64,000 bases of DNA from an uncultured Solirubrobacterales bacterium (lineage in GTDB: Bacteria; Actinomycetota; Thermoleophilia; Solirubrobacterales; Solirubrobacteraceae), in assembly GCA_963713895.1 (NCBI GenBank), contig OY970210.1:1544310-1608309 (forward strand), in the 5' to 3' direction. Shown here piece by piece: positions 35,991 to 44,678 of the stretch. The position numbers and the translations under genes were made by a program. The notes beneath the pieces were generated by a model that ran no database searches, was not told the DNA's origin, and was given only the letters and a program-made list of their open reading frames with translations. Numbering within the stretch: the stretch's first letter is position 1; every line of letters starts with the position of its first letter.

Positions 35991-37793
35991 GTGGTCGAGC
36001 CGCGCTTTCAGATAACGCCGTGCCCGCCTGAGCAGGTTGCGCGCCTGCAGCGCGAGCTTGGCGTCAGCGACCCGCTCGCGCAGGTGCTCGTGCGGCGCGA
36101 TCTAGCCGAGCCCGCGCGCGCACGTGCGTTCCTGGCGGCCGACGAGCTACATCCCCACACGGCGTTCGCGGGCATCGAAGCGGCAGTGCGCACGATCGCC
36201 CGGCATCTCGACGCGCGCAGCACGATCACGGTCCACGGCGACTACGACGTCGACGGCGTGTGCTCGACCGCGGTGCTCGTGCGTGCGCTGCGCGAGCTCG
36301 GCGCCGAGGTCAACTGGTTCCTGCCCGATCGTGGCGCCGACGGCTACGGGCTCAGCGCACACACGGTGCGCAGGCTGGCCGCGCGTGGCACCAAGCTGCT
36401 GATAACCGCCGACTGCGGCATCTCGGCCGCGCGGGAGATCGCGCTTGCGCGGGAGCTCGGCATCGACGCGGTCGTCTCCGACCATCATGCGCTTCCCGCC
36501 GACGGCCTGCTGCCGGACGCGCCGATCGTGCACCCGGTCGTCTGCGCCTATCCCTGTGCCGAGCTGTGCGCCACCGCGGTCGCGCACAAGCTGGCGCTCG
36601 CGCTGTGGGAGCGGCACGGACGCGACTGCGCCGAGCTGGCGCGCGATCTCGACCTGGTGGCGCTCGCGACGATCGCCGACGTCGTGCCGCTGCGCGGCGA
36701 GAACCGCGCGCTCGTGCGGCGCGGCCTGCCCGCGCTCGCCGGCACCGCCAGGCCGGGACTGCGGGCGTTGATGGTCCTCGCCGGGATCGATCCGGCGAGG
36801 ATCAACGAGCGCGCGGTGGCGTTCGGGCTCGCGCCCCGCCTGAACGCGGCCGGGCGCATGCGCCGCGCCGACACCGGGCTCGAGTTGATCCTGACGGGCG
36901 ACCACGCCCGCGCCCGCGAGCTCGCGCGCGAGCTCGATCGTGTCAACCACGAGCGTCGCGAGGTCGAGCGAGGCATCCGGCACGAGGCCGAGGCACAGAT
37001 CGACGCGCTCGGCGACGTCGCGCAACGGCGTGCGCTGGTGCTCGCAGGGGAGGGCTGGCACGCGGGCGTGATCGGGATCGTCGCCTCGCGCTTGGCCGAG
37101 CGCCACCATCGTCCGGTCGTGCTGATCGCGCTCGACGGCGAGCGCGGGCGCGGCTCGGGGCGCAGCGGCTGCGAGGCCTTCGATCTGCTGGCGGCGTTGA
37201 CTGCCTGCGGCGAGCATCTGCATCGCTACGGCGGACATCGCGCGGCCGCGGGAGTGGAGATCGAGCGCGATCGGGTGGCCGCGTTTGCCGAGGCCCTGCA
37301 GGCGCACGCGTGCGGCGTGCTGGCCGAGCATGACACCGCTCCCGTCGAGCGCGTCGATGCGATCCTCGGCGGCGGTGAGCTGGGAATGGCGCTGGCCCAG
37401 GAGCTGCAGAGGATCGGCCCCTTCGGCCACGGCAATCCGCCGGTCTCGCTGATGCTCGACGCCGCGGCCTTTACCGACGTCAGAACGATGGGCGAAGGCC
37501 GGCATGTGCGCTTCACTGTTCGGGCGCACGGGGGCACGGCTCGCGCCGTGGCGTTCAACAACGGCGGGCGTCTGCCGGTCGCGGCCGACGAGCCGGCCCA
37601 GGCCACGTTCGCGCTCGAGGTGCACGAGTGGAAGGGGGTCAGCGAGCCTCGGTTGGTCCTGCGCCACGCGCGACCCGCAGCGGTGCCGGCGTCCGTCCCG
37701 GGCACGGCCGCCGATCTATGCGCGCGCGTGGCGAGCAGGCGCCGCGACGCCGGCGCAGGGCGCTGCCGCCAGGAGCTTGCGCTGTTTCCCTGA
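35991..37793 (+). CDS. recJ: ssDNA-specific exonuclease
   Basis: HGDYDVDG, TADCG, SDHH, LATIADVVPL, PRLNAAGR, GGHRAAAG. Confidence 0.96.
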   Translation: MVEPRFQITPCPPEQVARLQRELGVSDPLAQVLVRRDLAEPARARAFLAADELHPHTAFAGIEAAVRTIARHLDARSTITVHGDYDVDGVCSTAVLVRALRELGAEVNWFLPDRGADGYGLSAHTVRRLAARGTKLLITADCGISAAREIALARELGIDAVVSDHHALPADGLLPDAPIVHPVVCAYPCAELCATAVAHKLALALWERHGRDCAELARDLDLVALATIADVVPLRGENRALVRRGLPALAGTARPGLRALMVLAGIDPARINERAVAFGLAPRLNAAGRMRRADTGLELILTGDHARARELARELDRVNHERREVERGIRHEAEAQIDALGDVAQRRALVLAGEGWHAGVIGIVASRLAERHHRPVVLIALDGERGRGSGRSGCEAFDLLAALTACGEHLHRYGGHRAAAGVEIERDRVAAFAEALQAHACGVLAEHDTAPVERVDAILGGGELGMALAQELQRIGPFGHGNPPVSLMLDAAAFTDVRTMGEGRHVRFTVRAHGGTARAVAFNNGGRLPVAADEPAQATFALEVHEWKGVSEPRLVLRHARPAAVPASVPGTAADLCARVASRRRDAGAGRCRQELALFP

Positions 37794-37878
37794 GCCTCGG
37801 CCAGGCGCCGAGCGCCTCGCCGAGCGCCCTGCTGGCTGGGCTCTTCAATCCGGGATGGCAGTCCCCTAACCTTTGACC

Positions 37879-40314
37879 ATGGGGTTCGCAGACGAGATCA
37901 AGGGCCGGCAGGCCGTCGAGGCCCCCGAGCGCAACGCGCCCGCGCAGGCCGGCATGTCGTCATCCGGTGAGCCCTCGACGGCGCTCGTGCCCGTCGTACC
38001 GCCGCTCGACCCCACGCCGCCGACCGGGCCGAGCGCCGCGCAGCTCGATCAGGGCACCGCGCGGCTTGATCTCAACGAGCTCGAGCGCCGGCTGCTGAAG
38101 GATCTGTTCGCGATCGTCTCGGAGCACGCCGAGGACTCGGCGGTCGAGGTCGATCGCCGGCGCGTGCAGGATGCTTTTGTGTTCGCCTGCGAGCACCACG
38201 CCGACCAGCGGCGCAAATCGGGCGAGGACTTCATCGTGCATCCGGTCGGTGTGGCGAGGATCTGCGCGGGCATGCGCCTCGACACCGAGACGCTGTGCGC
38301 CGCGCTGCTGCATGACACCGTCGAGGACACGTCGGCGTCGATCGAGGAGGTCGCCGAGCGCTTCGGCGAGGAGATCGCCCAGATAGTCGACGGCGTCACG
38401 AAGCTGACCGGGATCACCTTCCAGTCGCGCGATGAGGCGCAGGCCGAGAACTACCGCAAGATGATGGTCGCGATGGCCACGGACGCCCGGGTCATCCTGA
38501 TCAAGCTCGCCGACCGGCTGCACAACATGCGCACGATCGATGCGATGTCCAAGCAGAAGCAGATGGAGAAGGCGCGCGAGACGCTCGAGATCTACGCGCC
38601 GCTGGCCCACCGGCTGGGCATCCACGCGATCAAGTGGGAGCTCGAGGATCTCGCCTTCGCGACGCTGCACCCGCGCAAGTACCAGGAGATCAAGGCGCTG
38701 GTGGCGCAGCAGCGCGAGGAGCGCGAGCGCTACGTCGGCGAGGCGGGCGAGTACCTCGGACGCGAGCTGGGCGAGCTCGGGATCACGGCGCAGATCGCCG
38801 GGCGCGCCAAGCACTTCTACTCGATCTACTCGAAGATGACCAAGAAGGGCCGCGAGTTCAACGAGATCTACGACCTGACCGCGATGCGGGTGATCGTCGA
38901 GACCGTGAAGGACTGCTACGGGGCCGTCGGCGTGATCCACTCGCTGTGGAAGCCGCTGCCGGGCCGCTTCAAGGACTTCATCGCGATGCCCAAGTTCAAC
39001 ATGTACCAGTCGCTGCACACGACCGTGATCGGCCCCGAGGGCCGGCCGCTCGAGATCCAGATCCGCACGCGCGAGATGCACGAGATGGCCGAGTTCGGCG
39101 TCGCGGCGCACTGGACGTACAAGCGCCGTCCCGGCGCCGAGCGGGCCGGCCGCGACGGCGACGGCGGGAGCTCGGGAGAGAACGCCAAGCTGCAGTGGCT
39201 GCGCTCGATGCTCGACTGGCAGAAGGAGCTGTCCGACCCTCAGGAGTTCATGGACACGTTTCGCGCCGACCTGTTCGAGGACGAGGTCTACGTGTTCACC
39301 CCGAAGGGTGAAGTGAAGTCGCTGGCGGCGGGCGCGACGCCGCTGGACTTCGCCTACGAGGTGCATACGGAGATCGGCCACCGCTGCGTGGGCGCGCGCG
39401 TGAACGGCAAGATCGTGCCGCTGCACTGCGAGCTGCACAGCGGCGACATCGTCGAGATCCTCACGTCCAAGCGCGAGCGGGGACCCTCGCGCGACTGGCT
39501 GGCGATGGTCAAGACGACGCGCGCGCGCAACAAGATCAAGCAGTGGTTCAAGGCCGAGTCGCGCCAGGACACCGAGCACACCGGGCGCGATCTGCTGCAG
39601 GAACACCTGCGCAGGCAGGGCCTGCCGGCGCAGAAGATCACCGGCTCGCCGCTGCTGGCGGACGTGATTCGCGAAGTCGGCTACCGCAAGGCCGACGACT
39701 TCTACATTGCCCTGGGCGCCGCCAAGGTCTCGCCGAAGCTGGTCGTCAACAAGGTGATGCAGCGCCTGAAGCAGGGCGAGGCCGCCGACGAGCACGACAG
39801 CGCGGAGCTGTTCCGCGTCGGCCGCCCGCGCCGGCACCCGACCAAGTCATCCGAGCAATACGGCATCAAAGTGCAGGGCGTCGAGGACGTCATGCTGCGC
39901 CTGGCCAAGTGCTGCCGGCCGGTTCCGGGCGACGGCATCGTCGGCTACATCTCGCTCGGCCGGGGGATCACGATTCACCGCCAGGATTGCCCGAACGTCG
40001 CGAGCCTGCGCCGCAACTCCGAGCGCTTCACGAGCGTCTCCTGGGATGGCGACCTGAGCAGCGCGTTCGTCGTCGAGATCCAGATCGACGCGTGGGACCG
40101 CCACCGCCTGCTCGAGGACCTCTCGCGCGTGTTCTCGGAGTCCGGCACGAACATCCTCGAAGCGCGCTGCCTGTCGAGCCCGCCGATGGTCAAGAACCGG
40201 TTCGTCGTCGAGGTCGCAGACACGCACACGCTCAAAGCGGCGATCACGCGGCTGCGCAACGTCGAGTCGGTGTTCGACGCCTACCGCGTAACCCCGGGCG
40301 GCTCGGCCGCATAG
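37879..40314 (+). CDS. relA: Bifunctional (p)ppGpp synthetase/hydrolase (HD, SYN, TGS, ACT)
   Basis: LLHDTVED, KLADRLHNMRT, GRFKD, YQSLHTT, TPLDFAY, LAKCCRP. Confidence 0.97.
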   Translation: MGFADEIKGRQAVEAPERNAPAQAGMSSSGEPSTALVPVVPPLDPTPPTGPSAAQLDQGTARLDLNELERRLLKDLFAIVSEHAEDSAVEVDRRRVQDAFVFACEHHADQRRKSGEDFIVHPVGVARICAGMRLDTETLCAALLHDTVEDTSASIEEVAERFGEEIAQIVDGVTKLTGITFQSRDEAQAENYRKMMVAMATDARVILIKLADRLHNMRTIDAMSKQKQMEKARETLEIYAPLAHRLGIHAIKWELEDLAFATLHPRKYQEIKALVAQQREERERYVGEAGEYLGRELGELGITAQIAGRAKHFYSIYSKMTKKGREFNEIYDLTAMRVIVETVKDCYGAVGVIHSLWKPLPGRFKDFIAMPKFNMYQSLHTTVIGPEGRPLEIQIRTREMHEMAEFGVAAHWTYKRRPGAERAGRDGDGGSSGENAKLQWLRSMLDWQKELSDPQEFMDTFRADLFEDEVYVFTPKGEVKSLAAGATPLDFAYEVHTEIGHRCVGARVNGKIVPLHCELHSGDIVEILTSKRERGPSRDWLAMVKTTRARNKIKQWFKAESRQDTEHTGRDLLQEHLRRQGLPAQKITGSPLLADVIREVGYRKADDFYIALGAAKVSPKLVVNKVMQRLKQGEAADEHDSAELFRVGRPRRHPTKSSEQYGIKVQGVEDVMLRLAKCCRPVPGDGIVGYISLGRGITIHRQDCPNVASLRRNSERFTSVSWDGDLSSAFVVEIQIDAWDRHRLLEDLSRVFSESGTNILEARCLSSPPMVKNRFVVEVADTHTLKAAITRLRNVESVFDAYRVTPGGSAA

Positions 40315-40431
40315 ACGCTCGGGGAAGGTAAAGGCGGCAGCGGGTCGGCGCCGGCTGAGCCGAGCGCGTGGGCGAAGCGTCGCCGCCCGCGTCACGGCGC
40401 CGGTGAGCGTGTTCGCTTGCCTGACGCTCGC

Positions 40432-41484
40432 TCAGGCGAGCACGTTCAGCGCGCGCGGCAGGATCGAGTAGCTGACCTGCGCGACCTCGCCGAGATAGTC
40501 GCCGTCGACCTGTAGCGGCAGCGGGCGCCCGTCGCTCGAGCGCACCGTGAGCTCGGTCAGCTCGGCCAGCCCGGTGACCTGCCGGTGGCGGCTGACGCGC
40601 GCGTGGCGCGAGAGCACGCGCAGACCGAGCGATGGCATCGACAGCGGAGAGGCACGGCGCAGAACGCAGCCACATAGCGCGCCGGAGTCCAGCTCGGTGC
40701 CGTCGGCGATCTCGATCGGGCGACTGTTGAAGTAAGTGAAAGGCGAGCCGTTCTGCACGATCGTGGTGATGCCCGGGAGGACCTCCTCGGCGACCAGCGC
40801 CTCCATGCGCGGGGGTCGCACCAGGTAGCGGCGCGCGAACGTGCCCAGCGCCACCCACGTGAAGTAGTAGGCGCCGAACCGGGCCTTCAGCCACGGGTTG
40901 GCGTCGACGCGCTCGACCACGCTTGCGTCGACCCCGAGGCCGGAGGCGAACGTGAAGCAGCGCCGCTCCGTACGGGTGCCCTCGGCATCTGATGCGTCTG
41001 CGTACAGCGCGCTGACGACTCCGAGATCAACGCGCCGGGGACGCCAATCATCAGCGAGCGCGAGCAGGTGCTCGGTGGCGTTGACGAGCTCGCCAGGTAT
41101 TCCGAGCATCTTGCCGAACACATTGGCCGAGCCGCCCGGCAGGCAGCTGAGCGGGGTCTGCGAGCCGAGGAGACCGTTCGCGGCTTCGTTGACGGTGCCG
41201 TCGCCGCCGAACGCGACGACCACGTCATAGCCCTCGTGTGCGGCCTCGCGGCAGAGCACGGTGGCGTGGCCGCGGGCCTCGGTGTCGATCGCATCCACGT
41301 CGAAGCGGCCCTGGAGCGCATAGACGACGAGATTGCGCAGCCGATCAGAGACGGTCGAGGCGTACGGGTTGACGATGATCAGCATGCGGCGCTTGGCCGT
41401 GGGCAGATCGGCCGCGAGGCTCGTGCGTGGCGCCGGCGGCGCGCTGGGCGCAGGCTGTGTGCCGGCTGCGCTTTCGGTGCTCAT
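40432..41484 (-). CDS. Diacylglycerol kinase family lipid kinase
   Basis: IVNPYA, GGDGTVNEAANG, PGGSANVF, QVDGD. Confidence 0.92.
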   Translation of the reverse strand: MSTESAAGTQPAPSAPPAPRTSLAADLPTAKRRMLIIVNPYASTVSDRLRNLVVYALQGRFDVDAIDTEARGHATVLCREAAHEGYDVVVAFGGDGTVNEAANGLLGSQTPLSCLPGGSANVFGKMLGIPGELVNATEHLLALADDWRPRRVDLGVVSALYADASDAEGTRTERRCFTFASGLGVDASVVERVDANPWLKARFGAYYFTWVALGTFARRYLVRPPRMEALVAEEVLPGITTIVQNGSPFTYFNSRPIEIADGTELDSGALCGCVLRRASPLSMPSLGLRVLSRHARVSRHRQVTGLAELTELTVRSSDGRPLPLQVDGDYLGEVAQVSYSILPRALNVLA

Positions 41485-41562
41485 ATGCTGGGCCTACACC
41501 GCTATACGGCGGGCGTTACCGCGCGCCGCGTGGGCTCTGTCGATCGCCCGTCCGGGCTCGCT

Positions 41563-41590
41563 TTGATTCCATCCGCCGGCTTGCTAGACT
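41563..41590 (+). promoter_or_regulatory. Promoter of the riboswitch-led operon
   Basis: TTGATT 41563-41568, 16 bp, TAGACT 41585-41590. Confidence 0.55.
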
Positions 41591-41608
41591 GGCGCGCTAC
41601 ATAGCAGG

Positions 41609-41697
41609 ACACATCAAGAGGGGTGGAGGGACTGGCCCGATGAAGCCCCGGCAACCACCGTTTCAAAGCGGGAAGGTGCCAATTCCAGAAGATGTGT
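41609..41697 (+). ncRNA. SAM-I-superfamily riboswitch lacking P4
   Basis: P1 ACACATC/GATGTGT; ATCAAGAG, GAGGGACTGGCCCGATGAAGCCCC, GGCAACC..GGTGCC, AATTCC conserved blocks. Confidence 0.92.
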
Positions 41698-41763
41698 GGC
41701 GGGCTTCGTGCTCTTCGCCACACCGTGTGTTACCGGCGAAGGGTCTTCAAAGGAGTCCAAGAC

Positions 41764-43065
41764 ATGGCTGTGAGTCATCTGCAGTGCAAGGAGTGCAAGG
41801 CCGAGTATCCGCTCGAGGCGCTGTACGTCTGCGAGCAGTGCTTCGGCCCGCTCGAGGTCGCTTACGATCACCGCCGGCTGGTGGATGGCGGGCGGGATGA
41901 GCTGAGGCGGCGAATCCAGGCGGGCCCGCAGAACATCTGGCGCTACGCCGACTTCCTGCCGCTGGCCGGGGGCCCGCCCGGGCCCTCGGGGCGCTTCGCC
42001 TCGCGCGCCGGGCTGCCGGCGGGGTGCACGCCGCTGATTCGCGCCGATCGCCTGGCGGCTGCGCTGGGCTTGCGCGAGGTGTGGGTCAAGAACGACGCCG
42101 CCAATCCGACGCACTCGTTCAAGGACCGGGTCGTGTCGGTGGCCTGCGCGCGCGCCCGCGAGCTCGGGTTTCAAACGCTCGCCTGCGCCTCCACCGGCAA
42201 CCTCGCCGGCTCGGTGGCCGCGCACGGGGCCGCGCTGGGGATGGAGTCCTACGTGTTCATCCCTGCCGACCTGGAGGAGCAGAAGGTGCTGGCGACCGGT
42301 ATCTACGGGACGAAGCTGGTCGCCGTCGAGGGCAACTACGACGACGTGAACCGCCTCTGCACCGAGCTGTGCGCCGAACGTGACTGGGCGTTCGTGAACG
42401 TCAACCTGCGTCCGTACTACGCCGAGGGCTCGAAGACGCTGGCGTTCGAGATCGCCGAGCAGCTCGGCTTCGAGCTGCCCGACCGGGTGGTCGCGCCGAT
42501 CGCCTCGGGCTCGCTGTTCACGAAGCTCGGCAAGGGCTTTCAGGAGTGGCGCGAGCTGGGCCTCATAGAGGACCCCACCCGCCCGCTGCCGCGCATGAGC
42601 GGCGCTCAGGCCGAGGGCTGCTCGCCTGTGGCGAGCGCGTTTGCCGCGGGCCGCGACGTGTGCCGTCCGGTCAAGCCCGAGACGATCGCCAAGTCGCTCG
42701 CGATCGGCAACCCGGCCGACGGGCCGTATGCGCTCGAGCTCGCGCGCGACAGTGGCGGCGGGGTGGACGCGGTCAGCGACAAGGAGATCCGCGAGGGCAT
42801 CGCGCTGCTCGCCCAGACCACGGGCGTGTTCACCGAGACCGCCGGCGGCGTCACCACCGCCGTGCTGGCCAAGCTGGCGCAGCGCGGGGACATCGACCCA
42901 GACGAGCGCGTCGTGCTGGTGATCACCGGCGAGGGCCTGAAGACGCTCGACGCCGTGCGCGGCACGTTCGTCACGCACACGATCGCGCCCACCGTGCAGG
43001 ACTTCGAGGCGCGCGTGCCCGCACAGCACGCGGGCGCAGAGTCCTCGCGCGAAGTCGCGGTCTGA
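41764..43065 (+). CDS. Threonine-synthase-like PLP enzyme, probable O-phosphohomoserine sulfhydrylase
   Basis: N-terminal CxxC..CxxC, NPTHSFKDR (PLP Lys), CASTGN, EGSKT, PIASG; AAGGAG SD. Confidence 0.88.
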   Translation: MAVSHLQCKECKAEYPLEALYVCEQCFGPLEVAYDHRRLVDGGRDELRRRIQAGPQNIWRYADFLPLAGGPPGPSGRFASRAGLPAGCTPLIRADRLAAALGLREVWVKNDAANPTHSFKDRVVSVACARARELGFQTLACASTGNLAGSVAAHGAALGMESYVFIPADLEEQKVLATGIYGTKLVAVEGNYDDVNRLCTELCAERDWAFVNVNLRPYYAEGSKTLAFEIAEQLGFELPDRVVAPIASGSLFTKLGKGFQEWRELGLIEDPTRPLPRMSGAQAEGCSPVASAFAAGRDVCRPVKPETIAKSLAIGNPADGPYALELARDSGGGVDAVSDKEIREGIALLAQTTGVFTETAGGVTTAVLAKLAQRGDIDPDERVVLVITGEGLKTLDAVRGTFVTHTIAPTVQDFEARVPAQHAGAESSREVAV

Positions 43066-43340
43066 TGGCCGCCACCGTCAAGATTCCGACCCAGCTGCGG
43101 GCCGCAGCCGGCGGCGAGGCCGAGGCGACGCTCGACGGCAGCACCGTGCACGAGGTGCTCGAGGCGCTGTATCAGCGGCACGGCGAGCTGCGCGACCGGC
43201 TCAGCTCCGAGGACGGCTCGCTGCGACGGTTCGTGAACGTGTACGTGTCCGGCGAAGACATCCGCTTCCTCGACGGCCTGCAGACGCCCGTCGCCGACGG
43301 GGCGGAGCTGACGATTCTCCCCGCCGTGGCGGGGGGCTAG
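43065..43340 (+). CDS. MoaD/ThiS/CysO-type sulfur carrier protein
   Basis: VKIPTQLR, RRFVNVYV..EDIRFL.GL.T, C-terminal PAVAGG; TGATG-coupled. Confidence 0.95.
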   Translation: MAATVKIPTQLRAAAGGEAEATLDGSTVHEVLEALYQRHGELRDRLSSEDGSLRRFVNVYVSGEDIRFLDGLQTPVADGAELTILPAVAGG

Positions 43341-43343
43341 GCC

Positions 43344-43562
43344 CTACTTGCCGGCCTGAGCCGCCGCCGTGTGCGCGTGGTGCGCAGTCGGGGGCGTGGC
43401 GCCGCTGACGCCGACCGTGCAGAAGAGCCCGGCGGCGCACATCGCGCTCACGGTCAGGGCGCGCATGCGCCGCGGCGTGAGCCAGCTGAAGTTGTGGGTC
43501 TGCATATAGGCTCGAAAGCCGCTCGCGGCCGAGCCCGCCGCCATCGCACAACCGACGCACAT
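43344..43562 (-). CDS. Small Cys/His-containing protein with one TM (72 aa)
   Basis: TATCCT -10 six nt before ATG; N-terminal MCVGCAM; WLTPRR then TM; HHAH tail. Confidence 0.7.
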   Translation of the reverse strand: MCVGCAMAAGSAASGFRAYMQTHNFSWLTPRRMRALTVSAMCAAGLFCTVGVSGATPPTAHHAHTAAAQAGK

Positions 43563-43566
43563 GCGG

Positions 43567-44562
43567 TCAGGATAGCTGACGCTCGGAGGTCTGACGGTCA
43601 GTCAGCTGACGATCGGCGGCCAGCTCAGGCTCAGCGACACGGCGCCCCGCCGCGAGGGTCTCCAGGCGCAGGCGCAGCTCGGCGGCGCGCCCCGCCGAGA
43701 CCGCGCGCGCCGCACGACTGTCGGTCAGCTCCAGGCCGTGCGACTGGGCGAAGTCGAGCAGCTCCTGGCGTTCCTCGCTCTCGCGCGCCGCGCGCATGAA
43801 CAGCCAGCAGAACAGCCCGATCGTGAGCAGCGACTCCTCGACCATCATCACAGCGCCGGCGATGTTCTGATCGGCGATCGGTGAGATGTGGTAGCTGATG
43901 TCGCCGTGGATGTAGTACGGGTAGAAGACGGTGCCCGACCACAGGAAGATGTTGCCGAGCACGGTGCCCGCCAGGCGCACGGCGATGATGTAGATGAGCT
44001 TGCCGAGGTTGCCGAACCAGCTCGGCATCGGCAGCGGCCCGAACAGGCACATCCACATGTTGATGCCGAAGCCGAGGAACATCGCGTGCTCGAGCGCGTG
44101 CACGCCGCCGTGGCGCAGCGCAGCTTCATAGAAGAGCGGCAGATGCCACATGTACAGGTCGATCGCCCACAGCGGAAACGCGATCAGCGGGTTGGCCAGA
44201 ATGCGCAGCCTGTCGAAGAAGCGGATGCGCAGGATCGGCGCGATCAACGGGCCGGTCAGGCCGAGCACGATCAACAGCGCCGCGACGTCGCCGAGCAGGA
44301 GGTGCTCGACCATGTGCATGAACAGCAGTTCCTGGCTGATTCGTCCGAGCGAGGTGAGCGCGGCGGCGATCACGACGAAGCCCGAGTAGAAGCAGGCCTG
44401 CCGCCAGCCGGGGACCGGATTGCGGCCCTCGATCGCGAGCGCGCGCACGCGCTGCGCGTACAGCAGCCCGGCGATCACGAGCGGCCCGATCTGAAGCGCC
44501 GTCTGGATGTCGGTCGAGGTTGCCAGCGGCACCAGTGTCGTCTCGCTCGCCAACATCATCAT
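43567..44562 (-). CDS. Cytochrome c oxidase assembly protein, Caa3-CtaG family
   Basis: MHMVEHLLL, WHLP.FYEAAL, HALEH, DQNIAGAVM. Confidence 0.9.
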   Translation of the reverse strand: MMMLASETTLVPLATSTDIQTALQIGPLVIAGLLYAQRVRALAIEGRNPVPGWRQACFYSGFVVIAAALTSLGRISQELLFMHMVEHLLLGDVAALLIVLGLTGPLIAPILRIRFFDRLRILANPLIAFPLWAIDLYMWHLPLFYEAALRHGGVHALEHAMFLGFGINMWMCLFGPLPMPSWFGNLGKLIYIIAVRLAGTVLGNIFLWSGTVFYPYYIHGDISYHISPIADQNIAGAVMMVEESLLTIGLFCWLFMRAARESEERQELLDFAQSHGLELTDSRAARAVSAGRAAELRLRLETLAAGRRVAEPELAADRQLTDRQTSERQLS

Positions 44563-44678
44563 CTCGCTGGAGGGTAAGGCCTGAGTGCCAAATCGAGCAA
44601 TCGCATGCGCTCATCCGCACGTGTGCGCCGGCATCTGGGTGCCTCTGCGCGTGAGACCGGCGCGTAGACTGGCCCGAA

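Noticed and set aside
41764-43065. Housekeeping thrC symbol
   Set aside because: SAM riboswitch and coupled sulfur carrier, with no hom/thrB nearby, argue for a paralog; symbol withheld
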